A DNA stretch of 56,965 nucleotides from a virus (lineage: Duplodnaviria; Caudoviricetes), in IMG/VR virus record IMGVR_UViG_3300009506_000101, positions 1-56,965 of that record. One strand, written 5' to 3'. Position 1 is the stretch's first letter; each line of letters opens with the position of its first letter. Under the pieces are notes generated by a model. It did no database searches. It saw only the letters and a program-made list of their open reading frames with translations, and had not been told where the DNA came from. A program made the translations under genes and the position numbers. Below, piece by piece: positions 45,506 through 55,082 of this stretch.

Positions 45506-46446
45506 GCGCCACCCCGATCCTTCTCAGCCCGCCGCCGCATGATCTCGAACGCCAGGAAATTGAGGGCCTGCGCACCCTCTTGCTCGGTGCGGTCAGTATT
45601 CGTCGTCGGAGATCCTGTTCGTCGCCAGAACCAGACGTGGCCCCAAGTTCCTTCCTTTATGGACTTGAGCATCAGCCCATCGAGAGCCTCTCGATATTCT
45701 TCGAACACCCACCCCTCCGGGCACTTGACCTGCGGCACCGCCGGCGCCTCCTGCTTCTCGAGCGGCTCAACCTTCCCGACCGTGAGCCCGATGCGGTCGG
45801 CCTCGGCGAGCGCGCTAGGCTTGTCGTGGAAACGCCTGAGTATGTTCTGGTCCGGGCGCAGCATCAGCCAACCGCCTTCGACCTCGCACAGTGTCACGAT
45901 CTCTGGCAACTCCTCGAGCCAACCACGCGGCGATCCTTTCGTAGCGTAGGCATGCATCCGCGTCCGGCGCGTCACCTTCAGACCGCGTTGCTCCGCCGAC
46001 TCTCGAGCCGCCTCCCACGTCTTGAACGTCGACACGACCGTGGGCTCTAGCCCGACCCGAAGCTCGACCTTTCCGCCATCCTCCCGAAGCTCGACATCCG
46101 GAGGCTTCTGCGCATCACCTCCGTGGCTCTCGATGTCGGCCAACCGCCGCTCGATGACCGCGAGCTTTCCGCGCAGCTCCTCCTCGAGTCGGCACACCTT
46201 TCCAACCCGCAGATCTCGAAGCTCTTCATTCAGCCAGGACAGCTCCGACCAGTGCGCGTCCAGTCTCCGTTTGAGCGCTCGCCGCGTCGGCCACTCCGGG
46301 TCTCCGTCGCCTTGTGGTTCCGTCGTGCGCTTGTTTAGCTCGTCGAGCTCGGACCGCATGCCGTCGAGTTCGGCGCCCAACGCTTCGTGGTCTGGATATG
46401 AGAATTGCCCTCGCTGCTGCCAAATCCTCTCGCTAGGCTTCGACAC
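45502..46446 (-). CDS. hypothetical coiled-coil protein
   Basis: Long ORF in operon direction. Confidence 0.65.
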   Translation of the reverse strand: MSKPSERIWQQRGQFSYPDHEALGAELDGMRSELDELNKRTTEPQGDGDPEWPTRRALKRRLDAHWSELSWLNEELRDLRVGKVCRLEEELRGKLAVIERRLADIESHGGDAQKPPDVELREDGGKVELRVGLEPTVVSTFKTWEAARESAEQRGLKVTRRTRMHAYATKGSPRGWLEELPEIVTLCEVEGGWLMLRPDQNILRRFHDKPSALAEADRIGLTVGKVEPLEKQEAPAVPQVKCPEGWVFEEYREALDGLMLKSIKEGTWGHVWFWRRTGSPTTNTDRTEQEGAQALNFLAFEIMRRRAEKDRGGA

Positions 46447-46636
46447 GCTGCACCTCAACGAGCGACAGGACCTCCGACATCATGCGCCACGGGATCCGCG
46501 ACGTGTCGAACCAGCAGACCTTCACGGTATCGGGTAGCTGGTGATGGTCCACGACTGCAGGGCACTGCTCGACCGTCGCGACCTGCCCGTTCTGCAGCTT
46601 GACCTTCTCGCCTGGTTTGAATTGCTTGTCGGTCAT
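46433..46636 (-). CDS. YodC/DUF2158-like small protein
   Basis: FKPGEKVKL..G..TVE..VCWFD. Confidence 0.7.
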   Translation of the reverse strand: MTDKQFKPGEKVKLQNGQVATVEQCPAVVDHHQLPDTVKVCWFDTSRIPWRMMSEVLSLVEVQRVEA

Positions 46637-47364
46637 GTCTTTGGCTCCCATTGCACCAGCATCGCGAGTCCTATGTCTTCTAGCCTTCGGACCAGTTCGT
46701 CCGTCACCCATTCGCGAATTGACTCGCCACCATCGGATGTGTCGCATCTCCAGTGAAGCGATGGTGGGAGGACTCCGCCGACCCAAGCGTGGATTCGATA
46801 GCCGTCCATTTCGTCCAGCGCGTTGACCTCCTCGACTATTCCGGCAAGGTCGACGGCGAATTCTCCTCCTGGTCGGTGTTCCTCCGGCACCGGCGGCTCG
46901 GGCTCGGGCTCTTCCTGGAACGGCATCGCTCGGACGTTGTCGCCGTCCGCGTTGACGCCGTCGACTCCGAGAATTGGCGGCGTATTGTCCCCTCCATCTC
47001 GCAGAAATGCTCTATAGTCGTAGCCTTCATTCAGCGAGCCTGAGCTAAGTGGATGAGCGTGCTCGACCGCCCTCTCGAGCTCGGTCGCGTCTGGCGCCTC
47101 AATGCCGTTGAACAGGATCTTTCCCTCCCGGATGATGCGATTATCGCGTTCAGCCTCCGCCTCCACCCGCAGCCTGCACAGCTCCCGCCGGCCCTCATGC
47201 GTGATGGTGAGGTCGTTCCAGTAGGTCCGGTCCGACGCAGCGAGGTAGTCAAAGTGTCCCGAATCCACCATCACGAGGACGTCGAGCGGGTCGAGCTCCT
47301 GGGTTCCGAGGCTCCCGTCTCGGTGTGCCTGCAGGTAGAACTTCAGTTTGGTTTCGTCGTTCAT
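46633..47364 (-). CDS. hypothetical protein
   Basis: Acidic ORF, coupled. Confidence 0.6.
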   Translation of the reverse strand: MNDETKLKFYLQAHRDGSLGTQELDPLDVLVMVDSGHFDYLAASDRTYWNDLTITHEGRRELCRLRVEAEAERDNRIIREGKILFNGIEAPDATELERAVEHAHPLSSGSLNEGYDYRAFLRDGGDNTPPILGVDGVNADGDNVRAMPFQEEPEPEPPVPEEHRPGGEFAVDLAGIVEEVNALDEMDGYRIHAWVGGVLPPSLHWRCDTSDGGESIREWVTDELVRRLEDIGLAMLVQWEPKT

Positions 47365-47368
47365 GATG

Positions 47369-47689
47369 TCACCAGCTGTTGATGCACCGCACGTGGGTCG
47401 TGCCTGGCGGAAGGTCAGCAAGCGCTACCTCGAGTCCTTCACCGTCTTCCGTGTGCACTTCCTTCGCCTTCACCCCTGACTTGTTGTCGCACCCGTATGG
47501 GCCCAGCGGCACCATGGCGCCGCTCTCGTTCGGGACCTGCGTCGTGCCCCGTTCAATCCACAGACGGTCCGCAAGCTCGTCCGGGATGTCATCCACGCCA
47601 GCGGCCCGAAGTGCGTGCCATGCCCGTAACGCCTTTCGGTAGTCCTCGGTTGGCGCGAGGATCGCGTACATCTCTGTCGACATGCTCAT
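47369..47689 (-). CDS. hypothetical phage protein
   Basis: MSMST..LADLPPGTTHVRCINSW; ATGA coupling. Confidence 0.7.
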   Translation of the reverse strand: MSMSTEMYAILAPTEDYRKALRAWHALRAAGVDDIPDELADRLWIERGTTQVPNESGAMVPLGPYGCDNKSGVKAKEVHTEDGEGLEVALADLPPGTTHVRCINSW

Positions 47690-48166
47690 GTTTCTCGTTT
47701 CCCTTCTACCCAATTGCCAGCGGCTTCCTGAGCCGCACGGTTCCATTCGCGGTGCGCCGCCCGCACCAGCTTCTCGGCTCTGTGCGCGAACGGCTCGCAG
47801 TCCTCGCGCTTCCCGAGCCGGAGCGCCTTCCTGAGCTTCTCGTCATCTCCGAAGCGCCACAGCGCCACGATCGCGACGCGACCCAGCAGGCTGTGGTTCG
47901 TCGGCAGCGTGCCGGCCGTGCTGTAGTACGCGACCAGCACGTCCCGATGCTGGAGCCTGACCGGCCCCATTGGACCTTGCGTTGCCCAGCCGCCCGCCGT
48001 TGGCTCGGAACACGGCCGCGATCTTCCTCTCGACCAGTTCCTCGGCTGGGATGGACCCGCTTGGTTCAAGCGACGCGGCGTGCAGGCCCAGCGCCGAGTC
48101 CGCCTCCTGCAGGAGGAACTCGACGTCGTCATTCCAGAGCTCAGGGTCGTGGTGGGGGCGGGGCAT
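47686..48166 (-). CDS. hypothetical protein, possibly Q/sigma-like regulator (apparent frameshift near 47965)
   Basis: N-terminal half in ORF 47843..48166; C-terminal half RLQHRDVLVAYY.. in ORF 47686..48132. Confidence 0.5.
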
Positions 48167-48277
48167 GGTTCAACCGTTCGCGACCTCGAGCAAGACGTCT
48201 GCGTGTGACAGCGGCTCCGTCGAACATCAGAACGTAGACAAGAACACTCTGCAGAATTGCCACTACGAATAGACCTG

Positions 48278-48826
48278 TCATCGAATCAGCTCCTCGACGT
48301 CTCGCGTCAGTGTCGTGGGTTGTCGGTAGGGGGCCGACCTGACCTCCAGGAATACCAGACCCGATCGCGCCGGTGCCGGCTCCCACCAGACGCACACGTC
48401 CGCTACGGCGGGCCTGTCGTCCTGGATGATGTTGAGTCGCTTCTGCCCTGGCTTCCGCTTGGCACACAGCACGTCTATGCAGTGCTTACTCCAATCCGAC
48501 GTCCGGTCCGGCTCGCTCGAGCTGAACCGGATCGCCACCACCTGGGGCCGGCCACCGATCGGAGAATCGAATGGTCGGCACTGCACCGCCATCGCGTCCG
48601 CGACCTGTCGCTTCGCCTTCGCGACTCGCCACGGCTGTCCCGCCATGCCGCGCTGAAGCTGCACGTTGCCGGTCTTGCAGAGCTCGAGCGGCAGCACGAA
48701 CTGGACGACGGCAGACCCTCGAAGCTCAGGCCTGACGATCCAAGGCTTGCCAGGAGGACGGGATAGCGCGCCAGCGACCCACGCGAACCGCTCTGCCCGA
48801 ACCGCCACGGACGCGACGTCGAACAC
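48278..48826 (-). CDS. RusA-like Holliday junction resolvase
   Basis: PD..SDWSKHCIDVL..IIQDDRP; position after replication genes. Confidence 0.65.
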   Translation of the reverse strand: MFDVASVAVRAERFAWVAGALSRPPGKPWIVRPELRGSAVVQFVLPLELCKTGNVQLQRGMAGQPWRVAKAKRQVADAMAVQCRPFDSPIGGRPQVVAIRFSSSEPDRTSDWSKHCIDVLCAKRKPGQKRLNIIQDDRPAVADVCVWWEPAPARSGLVFLEVRSAPYRQPTTLTRDVEELIR

Positions 48827-49242
48827 TACTCGTCCCCGGAGTCCTGCTGCGAAGCGTTGTCCAGCGGCAACTCTGTCTGTCGCTCGTATTCCGACATGCG
48901 GCGCACATCGAGCTGCTCCCCGGTATCGCTCCTGAATTCCGAGACGGTTTCGGCCTTGTAGTCGAACCTGCGTTCGCACGCCGTCAATCGGAGCGCGGCC
49001 TTGTCGTTGATCTCGGCACCGATGCGGGCCATCTCGGTTTCGATCTCGGCGATCTGGGCCTTCGCGTGCTTCTGGGCCGACTTCATGTCCGCTTCTTTCT
49101 GATAGCGGTCACGCAGCAGGATCGCGTTGCGCGCCCCTCTGTCCAGCAGCTCCTGGTCAGTGAGCTTGCACGGGAGCTGCCGCTCGAATCGCTCCACCTT
49201 GACCAGGTTCTGTTCTTCTGTCGTCTTGGTTTTCCTTGCCAT
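48826..49242 (-). CDS. hypothetical coiled-coil protein
   Basis: LPCKLTDQE..R.DTGE..R.MSEYERQTELPL; GAGG RBS. Confidence 0.75.
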   Translation of the reverse strand: MARKTKTTEEQNLVKVERFERQLPCKLTDQELLDRGARNAILLRDRYQKEADMKSAQKHAKAQIAEIETEMARIGAEINDKAALRLTACERRFDYKAETVSEFRSDTGEQLDVRRMSEYERQTELPLDNASQQDSGDE

Positions 49243-49282
49243 TCGTTTCCTCGCTTTCACTCCATGTCCAGCGTGAGCTGGG

Positions 49283-50314
49283 TCATGTGTCCTGCCAGTT
49301 CTCCCAGACGTCGTCACCGATGAGCCGCGAGGCCCCTCCGTCTGGCGCTTCCTTGGCGTCGAAACATGCCGACGTTTCGTTCCAGACCATGGGGACTGTC
49401 CCACGCTGTCCGTCCTTGGACTTGTCGACGCGGATGCACTTCGTCCCTCCGGTAACGACCACGCGGTTCCCGTCGCGACTCAGAATGTTCTCGTCTGGCG
49501 TGAATCCAATCAGGATGTGCTCGGCCGCGTTCGCCACGTCCCGGCTTTCACGGATCGAATTCTTGTCCGGATACTTCTTGCCAGTCTGTTCCGTGATCTG
49601 GCTCAGGATGATGGTGCAGCACCCGAGCTCACGGCCGACGCTCCTCAGCACCGAGGCGGTCTCCCTGAACCTGACCCGCTCGTCCTGGTACCGCCGCTCG
49701 CTCTTTACCTCCTGCAGGTAGTCCCAGATCACGATGTTGATCGACTCGGATTTGGTCACGGTCCTGACTTGCTTCACCAGCCTCTCGATCGGTGTGTTGC
49801 CAGCTTCAATGTAGACCGGAACGTCCTCGGCCTTCCGAATGACGTCCGCCATCATGCCGCGCTCAACCGGATTCAACCGCCTGTCACGCAGTCGCTTCGC
49901 ATCGATGCGAGCGCGACGGCACAGCAACCGGTCGCCGTAGATCTGCGCCGGGTCTTCGAACGACACGATCAGGACGCGCTTGCCTCGGTGCAGGTTCTCG
50001 TCGGCGATCGAGATCGCGCACGCTGTCTTTCCCCAGCTGGTCTCGGCTGCCAACACCCAGTTGTGACCAGGCCTCAGGCCGCCGGTCAGGTCGTCGAGTT
50101 GGTAGTGTCCAGTCGTGCCCCGTGTTCCGTGCTCGTGACTCGCGGCCCGGACGCCAGACTCCTCGAGAATCTCCCGGACGGTGTAGACGCGCGCGGTCTC
50201 TATCGGATGCTCGCTCGCGCCCTCGTCATCAGCCATGAACCCGTCGTCAGGAGGACCCTCATCCACCGCCGCCGCCTTCGCGGCCCGGACCTGTTCTAGT
50301 GCCGTCATGGTCAT
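49283..50314 (-). CDS. DnaB-like replicative helicase (C-terminal domain only)
   Basis: LDDLTGGLRPG, AETSWGKT, SFE, DYLQ, LSQ, RESRD, DKSKDG. Confidence 0.9.
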   Translation of the reverse strand: MTMTALEQVRAAKAAAVDEGPPDDGFMADDEGASEHPIETARVYTVREILEESGVRAASHEHGTRGTTGHYQLDDLTGGLRPGHNWVLAAETSWGKTACAISIADENLHRGKRVLIVSFEDPAQIYGDRLLCRRARIDAKRLRDRRLNPVERGMMADVIRKAEDVPVYIEAGNTPIERLVKQVRTVTKSESINIVIWDYLQEVKSERRYQDERVRFRETASVLRSVGRELGCCTIILSQITEQTGKKYPDKNSIRESRDVANAAEHILIGFTPDENILSRDGNRVVVTGGTKCIRVDKSKDGQRGTVPMVWNETSACFDAKEAPDGGASRLIGDDVWENWQDT

Positions 50315-51378
50315 GATGCTCGTTTCCTCCGAAGTAGGCTCAGGACGAGATCGAACCGCTCGTGCTCCGACATGGCCGCGAGCGCCGTCTCCTCGATGGA
50401 GTGCAGCACGTCTAGATTTCCCCTGTGGGCGCAGTGCCCGTGTTTGCACACGAACTGCCCAAGAGGCCTGTCGTCGCTGGGCGGAAGGATGACGGTGCTC
50501 GAATCCTGCCCGCGCCCGCGCCCGTCCGTGTGCTCATTGGCCCAGAGACACTCGGCCGTCACGGCGCCGGTCCTGGTATCGAATCCGATCCTCAGTCCCG
50601 CAGCGCCCCACAGCTGCGCCAGGAAGCTCTGGCCAGCCGCTCCAGTTGCTGGACCGTGCCTCTTGCGCTCGCGGCCAGCGATGAGCTCGAGTAGCGGAGC
50701 CGGGATCTCGGGCAGCTCGGTCTCGAGCGGGTGGACAGTCGCGTCCCAGCTGTAGCGCTTCCCGCTCCGGTGCAGCGATGGGGCGACGATGATGTACCCG
50801 CCATCGCCCTTCACCTCGACACCTGGACGGATCGCGTGCTTGCCACACGCGCTCGTGATGTAGCGGCCTGGGTGCCGGAAGATCCACTGCTCGCCGCCTC
50901 CCCCCGTCATCTGCAGCGGGGCCTCTGGTAGCTCGACCCCGATGTCTGAGCACAGATCTCGGAATTCCTCTGGGCCGTCCTCTCCGGCTGCGTGCCGGTC
51001 CAGGTCAAACACCACGATCCCGCTCTCCTCGCCGGTCGCCACCATCACGTTGGCGTCAGGCCAGCGCCTGGCCCATCCAGCGATCGTGTCCAGGTCCGTT
51101 GTCGCGTCAGTCAGGCCGTGGGGAGTTCTCGGGTGCTTTCCGACCCGCTGGCACGGAACCCCTAGGCAGTGGACTACGCAATCCTTCCGACCGCACGAGC
51201 AGCTCCCGTCCGCCTCCCGGACGTGGCCACATCCGCAACGCTCTGGGTCGTGTGGATCTGGCTTGTGGATGCAGGTGCAGATCGTCTGCCCGTCGCGCTC
51301 GATCGGCCAGTGGCAGGGGGCCACCCGCCATCCCAGTCGGGACGCGTACACGTGGGCGCTGTCGGCGAACGTCCTCAT
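50311..51378 (-). CDS. bifunctional DNA primase/polymerase (Prim-Pol) with C-terminal Zn finger
   Basis: GKHP..HGLTDATTD, WPDANV..ATG, FDLD, TGGGG, GGYIIVAPSLH.SG..Y.W; C.W..EH..C.HGHC. Confidence 0.92.
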   Translation of the reverse strand: MRTFADSAHVYASRLGWRVAPCHWPIERDGQTICTCIHKPDPHDPERCGCGHVREADGSCSCGRKDCVVHCLGVPCQRVGKHPRTPHGLTDATTDLDTIAGWARRWPDANVMVATGEESGIVVFDLDRHAAGEDGPEEFRDLCSDIGVELPEAPLQMTGGGGEQWIFRHPGRYITSACGKHAIRPGVEVKGDGGYIIVAPSLHRSGKRYSWDATVHPLETELPEIPAPLLELIAGRERKRHGPATGAAGQSFLAQLWGAAGLRIGFDTRTGAVTAECLWANEHTDGRGRGQDSSTVILPPSDDRPLGQFVCKHGHCAHRGNLDVLHSIEETALAAMSEHERFDLVLSLLRRKRAS

Positions 51379-52199
51379 GACACGAACCCGAGATCCTCCG
51401 CGGTTGGCTCCGAGTCGTCGGCTTCTGGCTTCTTTGGCCTTCTACGCCGGTCGTTCCAGTCAGACTGCACAGCAATCACGCAGCACTTGCTCCAGTGCTC
51501 ACGGGTGCGGAGATCCGACTTGCTGGCCTGGTTCTTCGCGACGAACCTCGCGATGAGCTGCCTGATCGCCCAGATAGGAATCATCGACGTCTCGAGCGTC
51601 GACACCTGGTTGGAATTCAGGATCTCATCCACCGGGGGGCACTGCACCCGATCTTCTGGATCCGGAGATGTAGAGGGAGAGGGAGAAGATACTGATACAG
51701 AAAGAGGGGCATGCGAGCTAGCTGCATGCCCCATGCTGTTGTCTTGCATCCCCCTTCCAAGGGGCTTCGATGGGGCATTCTCGCCAGACAGGTACCGACT
51801 CTTGAATTCCAGCGCGAACGGATGGTCGCCAAAGGCACCGAGCTCTGTCAGCACAGACTTGACCGCCTTGTCGGTCGACTTGATGCCAGACCCGTCAGGT
51901 AGGCTCATCTGTTCTCGGCACCCGTTTGGCATCCAGACGAGCTCCTCGTCGAAGTCGTACTGCGCAATCTCACCAATAGCCTCCAGAGCAGCCTGAACCT
52001 CGCCTTCCTCGAGCCCGGTGTCGTGCATCATGGTCACGATAGGGCAGTAGAACAGGCCGATCCTACTGCCTGTCGGGGCACTCATGAGGTAGAGCGCCAA
52101 CACCTGCGCAGACTTGTCGCCACGAAGCTTACGGCCGCTGCCTCGCGTCCAGAATGTAGGGCGAATCTGGGCGAACTTCCGCATCCTAAGACCTGCCAT
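51375..52199 (-). CDS. phage replication initiator (lambda O-like)
   Basis: FAQIRPTFW, LALYLMSAP..IGLFYCP..HDTGL; low-complexity SPSPSTSPDP linker. Confidence 0.8.
   Translation of the reverse strand: MAGLRMRKFAQIRPTFWTRGSGRKLRGDKSAQVLALYLMSAPTGSRIGLFYCPIVTMMHDTGLEEGEVQAALEAIGEIAQYDFDEELVWMPNGCREQMSLPDGSGIKSTDKAVKSVLTELGAFGDHPFALEFKSRYLSGENAPSKPLGRGMQDNSMGHAASSHAPLSVSVSSPSPSTSPDPEDRVQCPPVDEILNSNQVSTLETSMIPIWAIRQLIARFVAKNQASKSDLRTREHWSKCCVIAVQSDWNDRRRRPKKPEADDSEPTAEDLGFVS
51655..51780. other. candidate replication origin within the initiator gene
   Basis: GGGGCAT-like repeats in both orientations, inverted repeat GGGGCATGC..GCATGCCCC, adjacent purine-skewed tract. Confidence 0.55.
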
Positions 52200-52653
52200 T
52201 GTTCCTGACTCTGGCCATCACCATCGCGACCGCCAGCCTCAGCGGGACCGTTTCGCGCCCCAGGCCGAGATTGCAGGCATCGCACATGGCGCAGAGGTTT
52301 TCGGGGTCGTTCAGTTCGTCCTCAGAAAGTCCATGCTGCTTTCCGTCCTCTAGGCTCACGAGATGTCCCACGTGAAGTTCTCCATTCCCTGGGCCACGGC
52401 CGCACAGCTCGCATCGCCCACTCGCTCGTAGCAACACCATCGATCTCGTCTTGGGCTTGATGTCGTCCCTTGTCTTGACGTGCCTGACTGGCCGCCCAGT
52501 CTCAGCCCTGGGCGCGTTGTACTGGAACCGGTCACACGACGCGCAATACACGCAGTCCTGGGCTCCCTTCGGACGGATAACACCTACTGCAGAGCCGCAA
52601 CCGCAGCGGGCCCTGAGCATGATCTCATCACTGGACTCAAACAGATCAGCCAC
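52186..52653 (-). CDS. Zn-finger HNH endonuclease
   Basis: CELCG..LHVGH..NDPENLCAMCDACN.G; GTG start after GGGAGG. Confidence 0.88.
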   Translation of the reverse strand: MADLFESSDEIMLRARCGCGSAVGVIRPKGAQDCVYCASCDRFQYNAPRAETGRPVRHVKTRDDIKPKTRSMVLLRASGRCELCGRGPGNGELHVGHLVSLEDGKQHGLSEDELNDPENLCAMCDACNLGLGRETVPLRLAVAMVMARVRNNGRS

Positions 52654-52867
52654 AGTACCTCCCGACACCGTGTGGGACCACCCGACAGCTGCTACACCGC
52701 GACTTGAGCCTCGGATACTGCCTGATGGGCCCACACGGAACCGGGAGGCTAGCTCTCATCGAACGGTGTAGCATGTCCGCAACCTTCCCCGGTTCCGCCG
52801 CGCCTGTCAAGCGTCATGATCGCCCCCGCGGATTCTCTCGCAGTTTTCGCGCTCAGTTTCCGGCTCC

Positions 52868-53188
52868 CTATTCAGCTCCGCGAGGGCATCGAAGAGCTCG
52901 GCGAGGCGGAACTGTTGATCGGCACTCCGTCGGAAAGAGGATTGCCCCAGACCTGATTTCGAGAGCAGGAGCATCGGTCAGGGCCCAGGCCCGGGATGCT
53001 CCTGGCGCCCCACGGCGAAGAAACCCGCGACGCTCAAGTCGTGCCAATGTTTCTGACCCCATGTTCGTAGATGACCAGCCGCAGGCCCTTCCGATTTCGC
53101 GGATGGTTGGGAAGTATCCATGCGCAGAAACAAATTCGCGGATGTAGTCCAATGCTCGCTGTTGTCCAGGAGGAAGATGTTCTGTCAT
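52868..53188 (-). CDS. LexA-type DNA-binding domain protein (no peptidase domain)
   Basis: QQRALDYIREF..HGYFPTIREIGRACG.SS..LARLERRGFLRR..SRA. Confidence 0.85.
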   Translation of the reverse strand: MTEHLPPGQQRALDYIREFVSAHGYFPTIREIGRACGWSSTNMGSETLARLERRGFLRRGAPGASRAWALTDAPALEIRSGAILFPTECRSTVPPRRALRCPRGAE

Positions 53189-53625
53189 CGAGGATCTCCT
53201 TCCATCTCCACCAGCTCCACCACCCCCCGCCTCGGCCTCCGGATCCGCCCCTTGCGCTCGAGGGCCTGGAGGGTCTGGGTCACCTGCGCGTCGCCCGCCC
53301 AGCCCATGTGCTCCCGCATCTCGCGGTAGGTCGGGGCACGGCCGGAGTGGCCGAGCATGCCCCGGATGAGCCCGAGCAGACGCCATTGCTGGGGGGAGAG
53401 CTGGCGGTGACCACCGTAGACCGCGAGGGCCGTGCAGTTGCGGTGCCGCGTGCTGGCCGGTCGCGGTCCGTCTGGTGCGTGCGGGCCCTCGCCGCTCAAC
53501 GCGTTGTAGCAGCAGTCCGAGACCGATCGCCAGAATCGGTCGAGAGGTTTCCCGTCCCATCCGACGCGCGTCCGCATCGCGGTCCCGAAGAACGAGCGGA
53601 ACGGGTCAGGGCGAGCCATGGCCAT
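53185..53625 (-). CDS. LexA-type DNA-binding domain protein with N-terminal extension
   Basis: LSPQQ..I..GRAPTYREM..G..V...LQALERKGRIRR. Confidence 0.8.
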   Translation of the reverse strand: MAMARPDPFRSFFGTAMRTRVGWDGKPLDRFWRSVSDCCYNALSGEGPHAPDGPRPASTRHRNCTALAVYGGHRQLSPQQWRLLGLIRGMLGHSGRAPTYREMREHMGWAGDAQVTQTLQALERKGRIRRPRRGVVELVEMEGDPR

Positions 53626-54040
53626 CCACAATCCGTCGGATCTCAGCGGCCACCACGTCAGGCACAGGCCAGAACCCAAGTCGCCCCTTGCACGGCACGG
53701 GCTTCGGTAACTCCCGCGCGTCGGAGAGCCGCCACCCGTACTTGCCAGCGACGTGCCATCCTCCAACATTCTGCTCTGGGTCGAGACAATCGAGCAGCGT
53801 CACGGCTCCGACGATGGCGCCTCTGGGCAACTCTGCCAGCAGCGGCATGTCGGCCTGGCAGGTCAGCGCGATCGACAGGGCGCCATCCTCGTACTCGTCC
53901 AGCGTGCAGCCGGCCGATGCGTGAATGAGCACCCGGCGACCGATCATGTTCCTGGGCAACTTCCAGCTGCGGTTTTCCACGTCCTTGCCAGCATGCAGGA
54001 TGGCCCATGCCCACGGCTGGCGGATCGACAGCGCTAACAC
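53606..54040 (-). CDS. ASCH domain protein
   Basis: ALSIRQPWAWAI..GKDVENRSW..IHA..GAIVG..P.PCKGRLGFW. Confidence 0.93.
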   Translation of the reverse strand: MLALSIRQPWAWAILHAGKDVENRSWKLPRNMIGRRVLIHASAGCTLDEYEDGALSIALTCQADMPLLAELPRGAIVGAVTLLDCLDPEQNVGGWHVAGKYGWRLSDARELPKPVPCKGRLGFWPVPDVVAAEIRRIVDGHGSP

Positions 54041-54291
54041 GCCTGCTCCTCCCTGAACTCAAGCCCGCAATGGCGGCACCGCGGCCCCCGCACCCGCCAG
54101 CTCAGTCCGGCGCATAGGGGGCAGAACCTACCGTTGAGGCCCCGGGTCATGCGGGGCGGCCGGTCCTTTCGCCCGCGCTCGTAGCAGAGCTTGCAGCGCG
54201 CCTGCCGCTCCTCCTGTCCCTTGCGGACTCGGTAGAAGTCATGAATCGGTTTCGTCTCGCGGCACTTCGAACAGCGTTTGGTCTGCATCAT
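54034..54291 (-). CDS. Zn-finger protein
   Basis: KRCSKCRETKPIHDFY..CKLC..CPLC..CRHC. Confidence 0.7.
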   Translation of the reverse strand: MMQTKRCSKCRETKPIHDFYRVRKGQEERQARCKLCYERGRKDRPPRMTRGLNGRFCPLCAGLSWRVRGPRCRHCGLEFREEQAC

Positions 54292-55082
54292 CACCCCGGC
54301 GTAGGTTCCTTGAGAGCTTCTTGGGCATCGGCCAGTGCCGCATGTAGCTGAGCGATCGAGCGCCCCAGGTCGACCACAAGCCTTCGCGGGTCCTCCATGG
54401 CCTGGACGATGCGCACGAGCTTCGCCTCGCGCGCCTGCCGCCATTCATTCAGTGTCAGGCCAGTAGCTTCCTGGAATTCACGCATTCGTAGCTCGGCTGC
54501 GTCAGCCCTTCGTAGCTGGTCCTTGGCGTGCTTCTCCGCGACAGTTACTCGTCGATTCAAAGCGTCAAGCTCTCCGCGTTCCGCCTCGAACTTCTGCAGC
54601 TCGTCTTGGACAGCTCTCCCGATCGCGGCCTGCACCGACCGCGACTGGTTGCGGAGCAGCGACGCCACGAACCCGACGTCGAGTTCTGCGGGCTTGAGCT
54701 CCGGAGCAGCACGCTTGAGCTTTGCAGTTGATTCAGTGACCTCGACGAGGCCCCATGTCTCTGGAAGTTCTCCGTCGCGAACGACGCCAATGGGCGCAGC
54801 CACCCACCAGTACTTGCACCACTTCTGGATCTCGGCCGACTTCTCTGGATCGCGGAGCTCTCTGGTCCAGTCTGACCGCGACACCTTGATCTCGACGCCA
54901 CCAATCCAAAGGCCACGAGACGGCCAGCAGCTCACGACGACGAGGTCAGCGTACCGTTCAGTTCGACGATATCCAGTCCCGTTTCTGACCTCGCGGAGCG
55001 TAGCGAATGCTGGCTCAGACCAGACTTTCTGCGTCAGTAGGTTCGCCACATGATGAGCAGAGAGCTGCGGATTGCGCGTCAC
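54291..55082 (-). CDS. MmcB-like PD-(D/E)xK nuclease with coiled coil
   Basis: EV..RYAD..WPSRG..GVEIKVSRSDW.REL..P.K..WW..P..GELPETWGL; GTGA-coupled start 55082. Confidence 0.8.
   Translation of the reverse strand: MTRNPQLSAHHVANLLTQKVWSEPAFATLREVRNGTGYRRTERYADLVVVSCWPSRGLWIGGVEIKVSRSDWTRELRDPEKSAEIQKWCKYWWVAAPIGVVRDGELPETWGLVEVTESTAKLKRAAPELKPAELDVGFVASLLRNQSRSVQAAIGRAVQDELQKFEAERGELDALNRRVTVAEKHAKDQLRRADAAELRMREFQEATGLTLNEWRQAREAKLVRIVQAMEDPRRLVVDLGRSIAQLHAALADAQEALKEPTPG

Noticed and set aside
52805-52810. TTGACA -35 element on the - strand
   Set aside because: No convincing -10 at 16-18 nt spacing (GAAGGT); the TGcTACAC element is about 34 nt away
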